Shown here one piece after another: positions 53,388 through 63,499 of a DNA stretch of 64,000 nucleotides. A model generated the notes under the pieces. It saw only the letters and a program-made list of their open reading frames with translations. It searched no databases and was not told where the DNA came from. Both the position numbers and the translations under genes were made by a program. How positions within the stretch are numbered: position 1 is the first letter of the stretch; each line of letters starts with the position of its first letter. Source of the stretch: Prevotella sp. (lineage in GTDB: Bacteria; Bacteroidota; Bacteroidia; Bacteroidales; Bacteroidaceae); NCBI GenBank assembly GCA_050873125.1, contig JBNMIE010000001.1:17878-81877 (forward strand). Direction: 5' to 3'.

Positions 53388-56300
53388 ATGAAGAAGAAAC
53401 GAAATATAGTGGAATGGGCTATGCACTACCGCCAGATAGTCATCATGGTGGTTTGCTGCCTCGTCGCATTCGGTGTGTACAGCTTGCCGAACATGCGCAA
53501 GAACGAATTCCCGGATTTCACTGTGCGTCAAGGCATTGTAATAGCCGTTGCTCCTGGCAATACGGCACAGGAAATGGAGGAACAGGTAACCAAACCTTTG
53601 GAGAACTACATCTTTACTTATAAGGAAGTGAAGAAGGAAAAGACTTTCTCCATGAGCCGTGATGGCATCGTATATATACAGGTGCAACTCAACGATGACC
53701 TTAACAACAAGGATGAGTTTTGGTCGAAGTTCAAGCATGGTGTGCAGAGCTTCAAGAGCGAGTTGCCACAGAACGTGGCTGCTATCGCCGTGCAAGATGA
53801 CTTCGGCGACACCTCCTCTCTCTTGATTACGATGGAGAGTACGGAGAAGACCTATCGGGAGTTGAACAACTACATGGACGATTTGCAAGACCGTCTGCGT
53901 GCCATCAAGAGTGTAGGTCGATTGACCGTGAGTGGCATGCAGCAAGAACAGATTTCAGTCGTGCTCGACAACGATCGCTTGGCGAAGTACGGACTTAGCG
54001 ACCAGATGGTAGCTGCAACCCTCTTCCAGAAAGGGTTCACCACGACAGGCGGCCGTCTCAAGAGCGATGCCTACACGATGCCCATTCATGTGGCAAAGTC
54101 ACTCAATTCGCTCTACGACATAGAGCAACAGATTGTTTATTCTTCTCCTTCTGGCGTAAATGTCCACTTGAAAGACATTGCCACCGTGAAGCGTGAGTAC
54201 CCCGACGCTGACAGCAAGATAACCAACAATGGCAAGAAGTGCATCTTACTGAGTGTGGAGATGAAGAAGGGTCAGAACATTGTGAAGATGGGTGAGGCCA
54301 TCGATGAGCAAATGGCTGAGTTCCAGAAAACCCTGCCAAAGGACGTGAACATCTATCGCATCACCGACCAGAGCAAGGTGGTGAACGACAGCGTGGTCAA
54401 TTTCCTCCATGAGCTTGTCATTGCCATCGTGGCAGTGGTCATCGTGGTGATGTTGCTTCTTCCGATGCGTGTGGCTTTGGTTGCCGCATCCACCATTCCA
54501 ATCAGTATCTTCATCTCCTTGGGCTTGTATAATGCCTTCGGAATCGAGCTGAACACGGTGACCCTTGCGGCACTCATCGTGACGTTGGGAATGATTGTAG
54601 ACAACAGTATCGTCATCATTGATAATTATCTGGAACAGATTGGCGAAGGCAAGAGTCGTTGGCATGCTTCCATCGACTCCACCACCCACTTCTTCAAGAG
54701 TATCTTCTCGGCTACGCTTGCCATCAGTATCACATTCTTCCCATTCCTCATCACCTGTGTGGGACAGACGCACGACTTCCTCTTGTCGTTCCCTTGGGCC
54801 ATCAGCATCGTGTTGGGCATCTCACTCATTGTGGCATCGCTCTTGGTGCCGTTCCTGCAGTTTTTCTTCATCCGCAAGCCATTGAAGGAGAAGGTGAACC
54901 CAAAGACTGGCAAGAAGGCTTTCTCCTTCCTGGATATGTTGCAGAAGTACTACGACAAGTTGCTCACCCTCTGCTTCTCTTATCCGAAGACCACCCTCAG
55001 CGTGGGCATCGCCTCCATCGTACTTGGCTTTTTGATGATGAGCAAGTTACCACAGCAGACCATGCCAAATGCCGAGCGCAACCAATTCGCCGTGGAGATA
55101 TACATGCCTACGGGTACATCGCTCGAAAAAACTTCGATGGTGGCAGACAGCTTGGAGCATATCTTGCGCAGAGACAAGCGAGTGGTGTCGGTAACTTCGT
55201 TCAAGGGATGCGCCTCTCCACGATTCCATACAGCCTACGCTCCACAGATAGCAGGCACCAATTATGCTCAATTTGTTGTCAACACGACCGATGACAAGGC
55301 GACGGTGGCGATACTCGACGACTATACCGACAAGTATGCCACTTATTTCCCTGAGGCACAAGTCAAGTTTAAACAGTTGAGCTACAACGAGTCTACTTGT
55401 CCGATTGAAATCCGTCTGAGCAATAGCAACCAGCAGCAGATGATGGCTGATGCAGATAAGGTAGTAAAGGTACTGAAGCAGATGCCTGAGTTGGAACTGG
55501 TTCGCACCAACTTCAACGAGCCTCAAGCCACCACCACGGTTCGATTGAAGGAGGATGAGGCTGCCCGATTGGGCGTCACCAACGCCCAGCTTGAGTCAAC
55601 CCTCGCCTTGCGTTACGGCAGTGGCATGGGTATCGCCAACATTTGGGAAGGCGACAAGCAAGTGCCAGTCATTCTGATGAGCACTCGCTCCAACCACGCA
55701 ACAACCGACGACCTCGCCGACGAGCAGATACCTGTGATGGGTGGACTGAAGACGGTGCCATTGCGCCAGATAGCCGACCTCGTGCCTACCACACAGTATG
55801 GACAGATGGTTCGCCGCAACGGTGTGCCGACAATCACCGTGATGGCAGAGACCAAGCGTGGAATGAATGCCATGACCGTTACATCCCATGTGCAGGAGAA
55901 AATGGAAACCGTCAAGTTGTCGCCTGACACCAAGATGGCGTATGGCGGTGACATCGAGAACAGCGGGGAAACCATGGGGCCGTGTATGGTGGCACTCATC
56001 ATAGCTGCTGTCATCATCTTCTTCATCTTAGTGGCTCATTTTGGCAAGGTCAACCTTGCGGCCATTATCTTCCTCAGCATGTTCCTCAGTGTGTTTGGAG
56101 CCTGTGTAGGACTCAATATCCAAGGCTTGCCGTTCGGCGTGACTTGCGTGATGGGGTTGGTGGCATTGATGGGTATCATCGTGCGAAACGGCATCATCAT
56201 GTTTGATTATGCAGAGGAACTGCTTGAGAAGGATAACATGGATGTGCGCAGTGCCATCTGGCACTCGGCAAGCCGCCGTATGCGTCCTATCTTCTTGACA

Positions 56301-56498
56301 TCGGCAGCAGCCTCAATGGGTGTCATCCCGATGATTCTCGGAGGCAGCGGTCTGTGGATGCCTATGGGTACGGTTATCTGCTACGGCACACTCATCTCCA
56401 TGATGTTCATCCTCACCGTGGTGCCTGTCGTCTATCTTCTTGTGTTTGAAGGTACAGAGAAAAATCGGCAGCTTGCAAAGGAAATGGAGAAGGAATAA
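53388..56498 (+). CDS. RND efflux permease (AcrB/AcrD/AcrF family)
   Basis: 1036 aa; LGMIVDNSIV, GIIVRNGI and RMRPIFLTS motifs. Confidence 0.95.
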   Translation: MKKKRNIVEWAMHYRQIVIMVVCCLVAFGVYSLPNMRKNEFPDFTVRQGIVIAVAPGNTAQEMEEQVTKPLENYIFTYKEVKKEKTFSMSRDGIVYIQVQLNDDLNNKDEFWSKFKHGVQSFKSELPQNVAAIAVQDDFGDTSSLLITMESTEKTYRELNNYMDDLQDRLRAIKSVGRLTVSGMQQEQISVVLDNDRLAKYGLSDQMVAATLFQKGFTTTGGRLKSDAYTMPIHVAKSLNSLYDIEQQIVYSSPSGVNVHLKDIATVKREYPDADSKITNNGKKCILLSVEMKKGQNIVKMGEAIDEQMAEFQKTLPKDVNIYRITDQSKVVNDSVVNFLHELVIAIVAVVIVVMLLLPMRVALVAASTIPISIFISLGLYNAFGIELNTVTLAALIVTLGMIVDNSIVIIDNYLEQIGEGKSRWHASIDSTTHFFKSIFSATLAISITFFPFLITCVGQTHDFLLSFPWAISIVLGISLIVASLLVPFLQFFFIRKPLKEKVNPKTGKKAFSFLDMLQKYYDKLLTLCFSYPKTTLSVGIASIVLGFLMMSKLPQQTMPNAERNQFAVEIYMPTGTSLEKTSMVADSLEHILRRDKRVVSVTSFKGCASPRFHTAYAPQIAGTNYAQFVVNTTDDKATVAILDDYTDKYATYFPEAQVKFKQLSYNESTCPIEIRLSNSNQQQMMADADKVVKVLKQMPELELVRTNFNEPQATTTVRLKEDEAARLGVTNAQLESTLALRYGSGMGIANIWEGDKQVPVILMSTRSNHATTDDLADEQIPVMGGLKTVPLRQIADLVPTTQYGQMVRRNGVPTITVMAETKRGMNAMTVTSHVQEKMETVKLSPDTKMAYGGDIENSGETMGPCMVALIIAAVIIFFILVAHFGKVNLAAIIFLSMFLSVFGACVGLNIQGLPFGVTCVMGLVALMGIIVRNGIIMFDYAEELLEKDNMDVRSAIWHSASRRMRPIFLTSAAASMGVIPMILGGSGLWMPMGTVICYGTLISMMFILTVVPVVYLLVFEGTEKNRQLAKEMEKE

Positions 56499-56530
56499 TT
56501 AATGGTTATAGTATTTAAATACAAATAGTG

Positions 56531-57868
56531 ATGAAAACAAAACAGTATCTCTATATACTCTCTCTCGTTTTGGCGGGGTCGGTAAGCGTACCGGCCCTTG
56601 CCCAAAACGGGAATAAAATCTATTCGCTCGACGAATGCATCAACGAGGCGGTGAAAAACAACCTTACTCTTCGCAATGCCGACAACCAAATAGCGATATC
56701 CGGCGAGCAGCGCAAGGAGGCTTACACCAAGTATTTCCCTACAGTATCGGCTTCGGGCAATGGCTTTATTGCGAATAGAGGTTTGCTCCAGATGGATATG
56801 GGCGGCATGGGGTTGTCGCTCGCAAAGAATGGTATCATGGCTGGTGTCACGGCTATGCAACCTGTCTTCGCCGGTGGTCAGATTATCAATGGCAACAAGC
56901 TTGCCAAGGTGGGTGAGGATGTCTCTCGATTGCAGCGAAACATGAGTGAGAACGACATCCGGCTCAACACCGAGCAGTATTATTGGAACATCGTGATGCT
57001 CAAGGAAAAGCTCGTCACTCTCGACCAGCTCGACCACCAACTGGAGAGCGTCCGCAAAGATGCCCAAGCCGCCGTGGATGCTGGCGTTCGCAACCGCAAC
57101 GACCTGCTGCAAGTGCAACTCCGGCAGAACGAGGTCAAGACTTCAAGAATACAAGTGGAGAACACTGAGGCAACCATGAAGGACTTGCTGGCGCAAATGA
57201 TGGGACATAACGGGGAAGATATTGATGTTGCCAATCTATTTGGAACGACAAGCAAGAATGTTGAACCATCGGCAAACAGCAAGTTCAATCTTCCGACGCC
57301 AGAGAATCCACAGCAACTCTTCCAATCTCCCGAATCATCCCTCGCCCAAACCAATGAGTACCAGCTTCTCGACAAGCAGATAGAGTCAGACAAGCTACAG
57401 TACAAGATGTCTGTGGGCAAGAATCTCCCGACGGTTGCGGTTGGAGGGGCTTACCTTTTTAATAATGCGCTGGGCAAGTCGCAAAACAATCTTGTGGGTC
57501 TGCTCTCCATCTCCGTGCCCATCAGCAGTTGGTGGGGTGGCTCGCACGATATGAAGCGACAGAAGCTGCAGCTTGCCAATGCCATCAACGAAAAGCAGGA
57601 CAAGAGTGAACTCCTGATGGTGAAGATGCGCAAGGCATGGAACGACATGAACGATGCCTACAAGCAGGTGGACATTGCCAAGGAGAGCATCACGCAGAGC
57701 GAGGAGAACCTCCGCCTCAACACCGACTACTATCAGGCAGGCACCGCCACCATCAGCGACCTCCTCGATGCGCAGACCCTCTATCAGCAGAGCCGTGACA
57801 AGTACGTGGAGTCGTTCACCAACTACGAGGTGAAAAAACGTGAGTATTTGCAGGCTACCGGCAGATAG
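56531..57868 (+). CDS. TolC-family outer membrane efflux protein
   Basis: Signal peptide; SLDECI.EA..NN and YQAGTATISDLLDAQ motifs. Confidence 0.93.
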   Translation: MKTKQYLYILSLVLAGSVSVPALAQNGNKIYSLDECINEAVKNNLTLRNADNQIAISGEQRKEAYTKYFPTVSASGNGFIANRGLLQMDMGGMGLSLAKNGIMAGVTAMQPVFAGGQIINGNKLAKVGEDVSRLQRNMSENDIRLNTEQYYWNIVMLKEKLVTLDQLDHQLESVRKDAQAAVDAGVRNRNDLLQVQLRQNEVKTSRIQVENTEATMKDLLAQMMGHNGEDIDVANLFGTTSKNVEPSANSKFNLPTPENPQQLFQSPESSLAQTNEYQLLDKQIESDKLQYKMSVGKNLPTVAVGGAYLFNNALGKSQNNLVGLLSISVPISSWWGGSHDMKRQKLQLANAINEKQDKSELLMVKMRKAWNDMNDAYKQVDIAKESITQSEENLRLNTDYYQAGTATISDLLDAQTLYQQSRDKYVESFTNYEVKKREYLQATGR

Positions 57869-57890
57869 TGATTTCAATCTCTTTATTTAT

Positions 57891-57986
57891 ATGACTTGTT
57901 TTCGTGTGACAACTAAGCCACTTAGACATTCTATCTAAGTCATTTACGAGGGCTAACTAAGTCACTTACGAAAACAAGTCATTTAC
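57891..57986. repeat. Inverted repeat enclosing 22-bp-period direct repeats (possible bidirectional terminator)
   Basis: Arms ATGACTTGTTTTCGT (57891) and ACGAAAACAAGTCAT (57968); AACTAAGTCACTTAC-like units at 57911, 57933 and 57955. Confidence 0.85.
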
Positions 57987-58528
57987 TTCACTTCCGAGAG
58001 TTTGCCGGTTTGGGAGTCGATGATGTAGCCGTGCAGGTTGACGTCTTTTGGTACGAGCGGATGATTGCGGATGGTGCGCACCGTATTTCTCACCGAGTCT
58101 TCCGTGTCGTGGAATCCCTCAAGCCAATGGTCGAGGTCGATGCCACACAGCCCGATGGTGTCGATCACGTCTTGATGGATGCCGCGCTTGAGCATCAGCT
58201 CTTTCATCTCAGCGCCATTCATGTGGCAAGCTCCGCAGTTGGAATGGGCTACAACCATTATCTCCTCCACCCCAAGCTCGTAGATGGCCACAAGCAGACT
58301 GCGCATGGCGGAGTCAAACGGACTGATTACCAGTCCGCCGGCATTCTTTATAATCTTCGCATCACCATTTTTCAGCCCCAGTGCGGCAGGCAGAAGCTCC
58401 GTCAAGCGCGTGTCCATGCAAGAAAGGATGGCAAGCTTCTTATCAGGATACTTGCTCGTGAGATACTGCTCGTAGCCCTTGTTGGCCACGAACTGTTCGT
58501 TGTACTTTATTATTTCGTCTATAATCAT
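57983..58528 (-). CDS. Beta-class carbonic anhydrase
   Basis: SCMDTR, KNAGG and HSNCG zinc-ligand motifs. Confidence 0.93.
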   Translation of the reverse strand: MIIDEIIKYNEQFVANKGYEQYLTSKYPDKKLAILSCMDTRLTELLPAALGLKNGDAKIIKNAGGLVISPFDSAMRSLLVAIYELGVEEIMVVAHSNCGACHMNGAEMKELMLKRGIHQDVIDTIGLCGIDLDHWLEGFHDTEDSVRNTVRTIRNHPLVPKDVNLHGYIIDSQTGKLSEVK

Positions 58529-58733
58529 GGTTGCTATTGTTTATTGTTCGCACAGTGTAAAAGTACTCATATCTTTTCTAATATACAAATGTTTTGGGCT
58601 AAAGTTCAGGATTAAAAGTTTTTTCTGAAATAAGTTGCGTATACCGGCTTTTTTGTGTAAGTTTGCAAGCGACAAAATGGAATAATTACAATATCCATAT
58701 ATTTACTTATCCAAAAAGAAACACTCTTCGCCT

Positions 58734-58946
58734 ATGCAACGCAACATATTCTATAATGTGTATCGATTCTACATCGATGGATTTAGGCAGATGCGCCTTG
58801 GGCGCGTGCTATGGACCGTAATCCTCATAAAGCTGTTCGTGATTTTCGTCATACTCAAGTTGTTCTTCTTTCCCGACGTGTTGAGGCAGAAGACCAATGA
58901 CGGTGACCGGGCAGCCTATGTGGCAAGCGAGCTTACCAAAAGATAA
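58734..58946 (+). CDS. Small membrane protein upstream of cydA (DUF4492-like)
   Basis: FYIDGFRQMRLGRVLW..ILIKLF...LKLFFFP. Confidence 0.85.
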   Translation: MQRNIFYNVYRFYIDGFRQMRLGRVLWTVILIKLFVIFVILKLFFFPDVLRQKTNDGDRAAYVASELTKR

Positions 58947-58975
58947 TTCTAATCAATAACATTATTAATAATACT

Positions 58976-60535
58976 ATGAATCATCTGTTGTTAACAATCG
59001 ACCCTTCGCTAATCGATTGGTCAAGGGCGCAATTTGCGCTGACAGCCATCTACCATTGGCTATTCGTCCCCTTAACGCTCGGGTTAGCTGTCATCATGGG
59101 CATCATGGAGACATGCTACTATCGCACGGGAAAGCAGTTCTGGCGTGATGCCGCCGTCTATTGGCAGCGTCTGTTCGGCGTCAATTTCGCCATGGGTGTA
59201 GCCACAGGCATCATCCTCGAGTTTGAGTTCGGCACCAACTGGAGCAATTACTCCTGGTTTGTCGGCGACATCTTCGGCGCACCGCTTGCCGTCGAGGGCA
59301 TTGTGGCATTCTTCATGGAGAGCACCTTCGTGGCGGTGATGTTCTTCGGATGGGAAAAAGTGTCGCGCGGTTTCCACCTGGCTTCGACCTGGCTCACCGG
59401 TCTCGGCGCCACCATCTCGGCTTGGTGGATACTCGTTGCCAACTCCTGGATGCAGTATCCCGTCGGCTGCGAGTTCAATCCCGACACCGTGCGCAATGAG
59501 ATGACGAGTTTCGCCGACGTGGCACTCTCGCCATTCGCCATAGACAAGTTCTGCCACACCGTCACATCGTCATGGATAATCGGTGCCGTGTTTGTGTCAG
59601 CCGTGAGCTGCTGGTATCTGCTGAAGCGTCGCAATGTACAGCTTGCCCGCGAGAGCATAAAGATATCCACAATCGTAGGCATCGTGGCGTCCGTCCTAAC
59701 TATGGCAACAGGCGACTCGTCGGCAGTGAAGGTGGCAGAGGTGCAGCCGATGAAACTCGCCGCCATGGAGGCATTGTATGATGGTGGCAACGGCGTGGGA
59801 CTGACAGCTGTGGCTGCCGTCAATCCATTTGAGCAGCCCGACTATGCCAAGGGCGGAGAGGCTCCGTTGCGCATAGCCATTCCAAAAGGCCTCTCTATGC
59901 TTGCCACACATACGCTCGATGGCTATGTGCCCGGCATCAACAACTTGCTCAACGGCTACACGCGCCCCGACGGCAAGCACGAGCTGTCAGCCGAGGAGAA
60001 AATGCAACGTGGCCGACAAGCTATTACCACACTTGCCGAATACCGCAAGCTGAAAGCCACCAACCCTTCTGACAAGCGTCTTCCGCAACTTGCAACCCAG
60101 CTGAAGAAGGATATGCCCTACTTCGGCTATGGCTACATCAAGGACCGCTCGGAACTCGTGCCGTATATTCCCGTCAACTTCTATGCTTTCCGTGTGATGG
60201 TGGGTGTGGGCACGCTATTGCTGCTTTTCTTCCTCGTCATCGGCCATGTGGCATGGCGCAGAGACATCGCGCAGTCGCGCCGTTGGCTCCATGTGGCGGC
60301 CATCGTCATGCTGCCACTTGCCTATATTGCGAGCGAGGCAGGATGGATTGTGGCTGAGCTGGGCAGACAGCCATGGGCAATACAAGACATGATGCCAACC
60401 CTTGCGGCTGTCTCCGACATAAAGCCGGGCAGCGTGGCACTGACATTCTTCATCTTCCTTGTGCTCTTCACTGTGCTGCTCTTCGCTGAGGTGCGCATCA
60501 TGTGCAGGGTGATCAGCAAACATCAATCCAACTAA
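58976..60535 (+). CDS. cydA: Cytochrome bd ubiquinol oxidase subunit I
   Basis: SRAQFALTAIYHWLFVP, FEFGTNW, QPMKLAAME and ELGRQPW motifs. Confidence 0.97.
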   Translation: MNHLLLTIDPSLIDWSRAQFALTAIYHWLFVPLTLGLAVIMGIMETCYYRTGKQFWRDAAVYWQRLFGVNFAMGVATGIILEFEFGTNWSNYSWFVGDIFGAPLAVEGIVAFFMESTFVAVMFFGWEKVSRGFHLASTWLTGLGATISAWWILVANSWMQYPVGCEFNPDTVRNEMTSFADVALSPFAIDKFCHTVTSSWIIGAVFVSAVSCWYLLKRRNVQLARESIKISTIVGIVASVLTMATGDSSAVKVAEVQPMKLAAMEALYDGGNGVGLTAVAAVNPFEQPDYAKGGEAPLRIAIPKGLSMLATHTLDGYVPGINNLLNGYTRPDGKHELSAEEKMQRGRQAITTLAEYRKLKATNPSDKRLPQLATQLKKDMPYFGYGYIKDRSELVPYIPVNFYAFRVMVGVGTLLLLFFLVIGHVAWRRDIAQSRRWLHVAAIVMLPLAYIASEAGWIVAELGRQPWAIQDMMPTLAAVSDIKPGSVALTFFIFLVLFTVLLFAEVRIMCRVISKHQSN

Positions 60536-60552
60536 TTAAAACAATAATCGCT

Positions 60553-61656
60553 ATGACATACACATTTCTTCAACACTACTGGTGGTTTATCGTGTCGTTG
60601 CTTGGCGCACTGCTCGTGTTTCTGCTCTTTGTGCAGGGTGCTAACTCAATGGTATACAGCATAGGAGGCACAGAGGAGGGACAGCGAAAGGTGCTCGAAT
60701 CGACAGGCCGCAAGTGGGAGATAACGTTCACAACGCTCGTCACCTTCGGTGGAGCGTTCTTCGCCTCATTCCCGCTCTTCTACAGCACGAGCTTCGGTGG
60801 AGCCTACTGGCTATGGATGATCATACTCTTCTCGTTTGTTTTGCAGGCTGTAAGCTATGAGTTTCAGCACCGCAAGGGCAACTTGCTCGGCACACGCACC
60901 TACCGTTTTTTCCTCATTCTCAACGGCATCCTTGGTCCACTGTTGCTCGGCGGAGCCGTGGCAACCTTCTTCGACGGCTCCAACTTCATCGTTGAGAAGG
61001 CATCGCTGACGGATGTCGGCGCACCCGTAATAAGCCATTGGGCAAATGCATCGGCTGGCCTTGACGCACTCCTCGACCCATGGAATCTCGTGCTTGGTTT
61101 GGCGGTGTTGTTCCTCGCCCGTATTCTCGGGGCGCTTTACATCATCAACAATGTCGACGACGAGAACATCCGCTCTCGCGGAAGAGTGCGCCTTGTTGGA
61201 GCGGCAGTGCCGTTCCTCGTGCTCTTCCTTGCGTTCTTCATCCGTCTTCTGCTGAAGGACGGCTATGCGGTCGATGCCACCACGTCTGCCATCGTCATGG
61301 AGCCAATGAAGTATCTGCACAACTATCTCTGCATGTGGCCACTTGCTGTCATGACAATTGCAGGAGTCGTCCTGCTGCTTTATGGCATTGTGCGCACGGT
61401 GGTGAGTTCGTCTTATGTTCAAGGCATTTGGCCTGCCGGCATCGGTGTAGTGCTGGTAGTGTTGTCGCTACTGCTCGTGGCTGGATGGGGAGGAACGGCT
61501 TATTATCCGTCCAACGCCGACCTGCAAAGTTCCTTGACCATCGCTAACAGTTGCAGCAGCGAGTTCACGCTTTGCACGATGTTCTATGTATCCCTGCTCG
61601 TCCCCTTCGTCTTTGCATACATCGCCTATGTGTGGAGGGTGATGGACAAGAAATAA
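60553..61656 (+). CDS. cydB: Cytochrome bd ubiquinol oxidase subunit II
   Basis: KWEITFTTLVTFGGAFFASFP and SLTIANSCSS motifs; ATG at 60553. Confidence 0.95.
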   Translation: MTYTFLQHYWWFIVSLLGALLVFLLFVQGANSMVYSIGGTEEGQRKVLESTGRKWEITFTTLVTFGGAFFASFPLFYSTSFGGAYWLWMIILFSFVLQAVSYEFQHRKGNLLGTRTYRFFLILNGILGPLLLGGAVATFFDGSNFIVEKASLTDVGAPVISHWANASAGLDALLDPWNLVLGLAVLFLARILGALYIINNVDDENIRSRGRVRLVGAAVPFLVLFLAFFIRLLLKDGYAVDATTSAIVMEPMKYLHNYLCMWPLAVMTIAGVVLLLYGIVRTVVSSSYVQGIWPAGIGVVLVVLSLLLVAGWGGTAYYPSNADLQSSLTIANSCSSEFTLCTMFYVSLLVPFVFAYIAYVWRVMDKK

Positions 61657-61667
61657 GAGAATATTAA

Positions 61668-61706
61668 TTATCCGTGGTGGCGGCTTGATACCTCCACCAC
61701 GGATAA
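61668..61706. terminator. Hairpin after cydB
   Basis: ttatccgtggtgg/ccaccacggataa stem. Confidence 0.8.
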
Positions 61707-61815
61707 AACTGACATATAACTTACCACAAGAGTCCAATGATGATAGCAACGCACGTCGTGGCCAAAAGGGTGAGAACTGTGGCGAAAAGAAAATAATCTA
61801 AACTTTTTTGCTCGA

Positions 61816-61851
61816 TGTCCCACGGTTTGGAACAACCTCACGCTAACTTTG
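61816..61851 (+). promoter_or_regulatory. WYL promoter with a 7-5-7 palindromic operator candidate
   Basis: TGTCCCA-CGGTT-TGGAACA at 61816-61834; -7 box TAACTTTG at 61844-61851. Confidence 0.65.
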
Positions 61852-61876
61852 CACCGGAATCATAAAACTTCACAAG

Positions 61877-62818
61877 ATGAAAACATCAGAACTCTTCAGA
61901 GAATACATCTGGCTGATTAATGAACTGCGAACGTTCGGACCTATGACGTTTGAGGAAATCAATGATGACTGGGTGGAGACGGAAATAAGTGGCGGCGTGG
62001 AAATGGCTCGCTCCACTTTCAACCGACACAGGGATGCCATCGCGGATATATTTGGCCTATTCATCGAGTGCAACCGCTCGAATAGATACTGCTATTATAT
62101 AAGTAATGAGAATGTACTTGAAGATGGCTCTATTCAGTCTTGGATGCTGTCCACCCTTACAATCAGCAACAAAATACATGAGAACAAGGCTTTGTATGGA
62201 CGTGTGTTGCTGGAGAAAGCACCATCTAATAGTTGGAAACTCGATTATATCCTGAAAGGAATGCGAAAGGGGGTGAAGATTGACATCGGTTATCAGAAAT
62301 ATGACATTATCATCACAACTCCGCATGTCGTCATTGAGCCTTATTGCTTGAAGATGTTCAGCCGCCGATGGTATGTGCTTGGTCGACTGTATCGCGAAAT
62401 TAATGGAAAGAACGTGCCTTCTTTCTCCTTATTCTCCCTGGACAAGATACAATCCGTTAATTTGACAGATGAGAAATTCACAATGCCCGATGACTTTGAC
62501 GCAAACGCTTATTTCGCCGACTATTTCGGAGTGATTGTCTATGACGGGACAAAGGCCGAAAAGGTTGTGCTGAGGGTTTATGGGCATGAGGCTGTAGATG
62601 TGAACCCCAGGCCATTGCACAACAGTCAAAGGAAAGTAAAGCAGACAGATGATTACATGGATTTCGAATACTATCTTTGTCCCACAACCGATTTCCGTGA
62701 TTACATCATTGGACGCGGCAACAAATTCAAAGTTCTCTCGCCCAAATGGCTTGCCGACGAGGTGAAATACAAACATCTTGAAGCCGCAAAGGCTTATACA
62801 AATGAAAATAATGACTAA
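61877..62818 (+). CDS. wHTH-WYL-WCX transcriptional regulator (PafBC/BrxR-like)
   Basis: YIWLI...RSTFNRHRDAI HTH; IEPYCLK....WYVLG, FSLDKI, PLHNSQ and KVLSPKWL motifs. Confidence 0.92.
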   Translation: MKTSELFREYIWLINELRTFGPMTFEEINDDWVETEISGGVEMARSTFNRHRDAIADIFGLFIECNRSNRYCYYISNENVLEDGSIQSWMLSTLTISNKIHENKALYGRVLLEKAPSNSWKLDYILKGMRKGVKIDIGYQKYDIIITTPHVVIEPYCLKMFSRRWYVLGRLYREINGKNVPSFSLFSLDKIQSVNLTDEKFTMPDDFDANAYFADYFGVIVYDGTKAEKVVLRVYGHEAVDVNPRPLHNSQRKVKQTDDYMDFEYYLCPTTDFRDYIIGRGNKFKVLSPKWLADEVKYKHLEAAKAYTNENND

Positions 62819-62838
62819 CAACTAAACATACAACAACT

Positions 62839-63369
62839 ATGGAAGATAAGAACAACAAAGAACTTAGCGCAGACGTCAATCGCCGCAATTTTGTGCTTGT
62901 CACAAATCCTAACGCTAAAATCGAGGATTATGGCTGGACAGAGGATTTTGTCGAGGAAATGCTACGCATAGAAGCCAAAGAACCTAACCATGAATGGATG
63001 AGCGACCCGGAGATATTAAATAATCTTGGTATAATCTTCTGCGATGGTGTTGGGGCGGAAGTGGATATGCAGCGTGCCATAAAGTATTACAGCAAGGCCG
63101 CTGAACTTGATGACGACCTTGCTAAGTCGAACCTTGCAGACATTTACAGAAAGGGAACGAACGGTGTGCCAAGAGACTACGCCAAGGCCTACGAACTATA
63201 CAAGAGCTGTCACATCCCCTATGCCTACTATCGTGTTGGCGAGGCGTTGGAGTTTGGCCGTGGTGTGGAGAAAAACGTAGAAAAGGCAAAGCAATACTAT
63301 CGCATGGCCTACAGAGAGGGTCATCCTCTGGCAAGACGTAAACTTCAGACACTTAACTTCCTGGAGTAA
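62839..63369 (+). CDS. Sel1-like repeat protein
   Basis: NNLGIIFCDGVG...YYSKAAE, NLADIY.KGT.GV..DY and GRGVEKN..KA..YY..A repeats. Confidence 0.9.
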   Translation: MEDKNNKELSADVNRRNFVLVTNPNAKIEDYGWTEDFVEEMLRIEAKEPNHEWMSDPEILNNLGIIFCDGVGAEVDMQRAIKYYSKAAELDDDLAKSNLADIYRKGTNGVPRDYAKAYELYKSCHIPYAYYRVGEALEFGRGVEKNVEKAKQYYRMAYREGHPLARRKLQTLNFLE

Positions 63370-63499
63370 TAAACAACTGGCATTGAAGTGGCAAATGCAA
63401 AAAGTTATAGAGAATTCTGCGAAGGGATGGCGATGGCAGAAGAAAGGTTTATGCGGGCTGTCATACCATCAGCTTCTTTATGAAATTCTTTAGCTGGGA

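Noticed and set aside
63370-63483. Protein-like open stretch after sel1 (GIEVANAKSYREFCEGMAMAEERFMRAV...)
   Set aside because: No convincing start and no recognisable homology, so it cannot be supported
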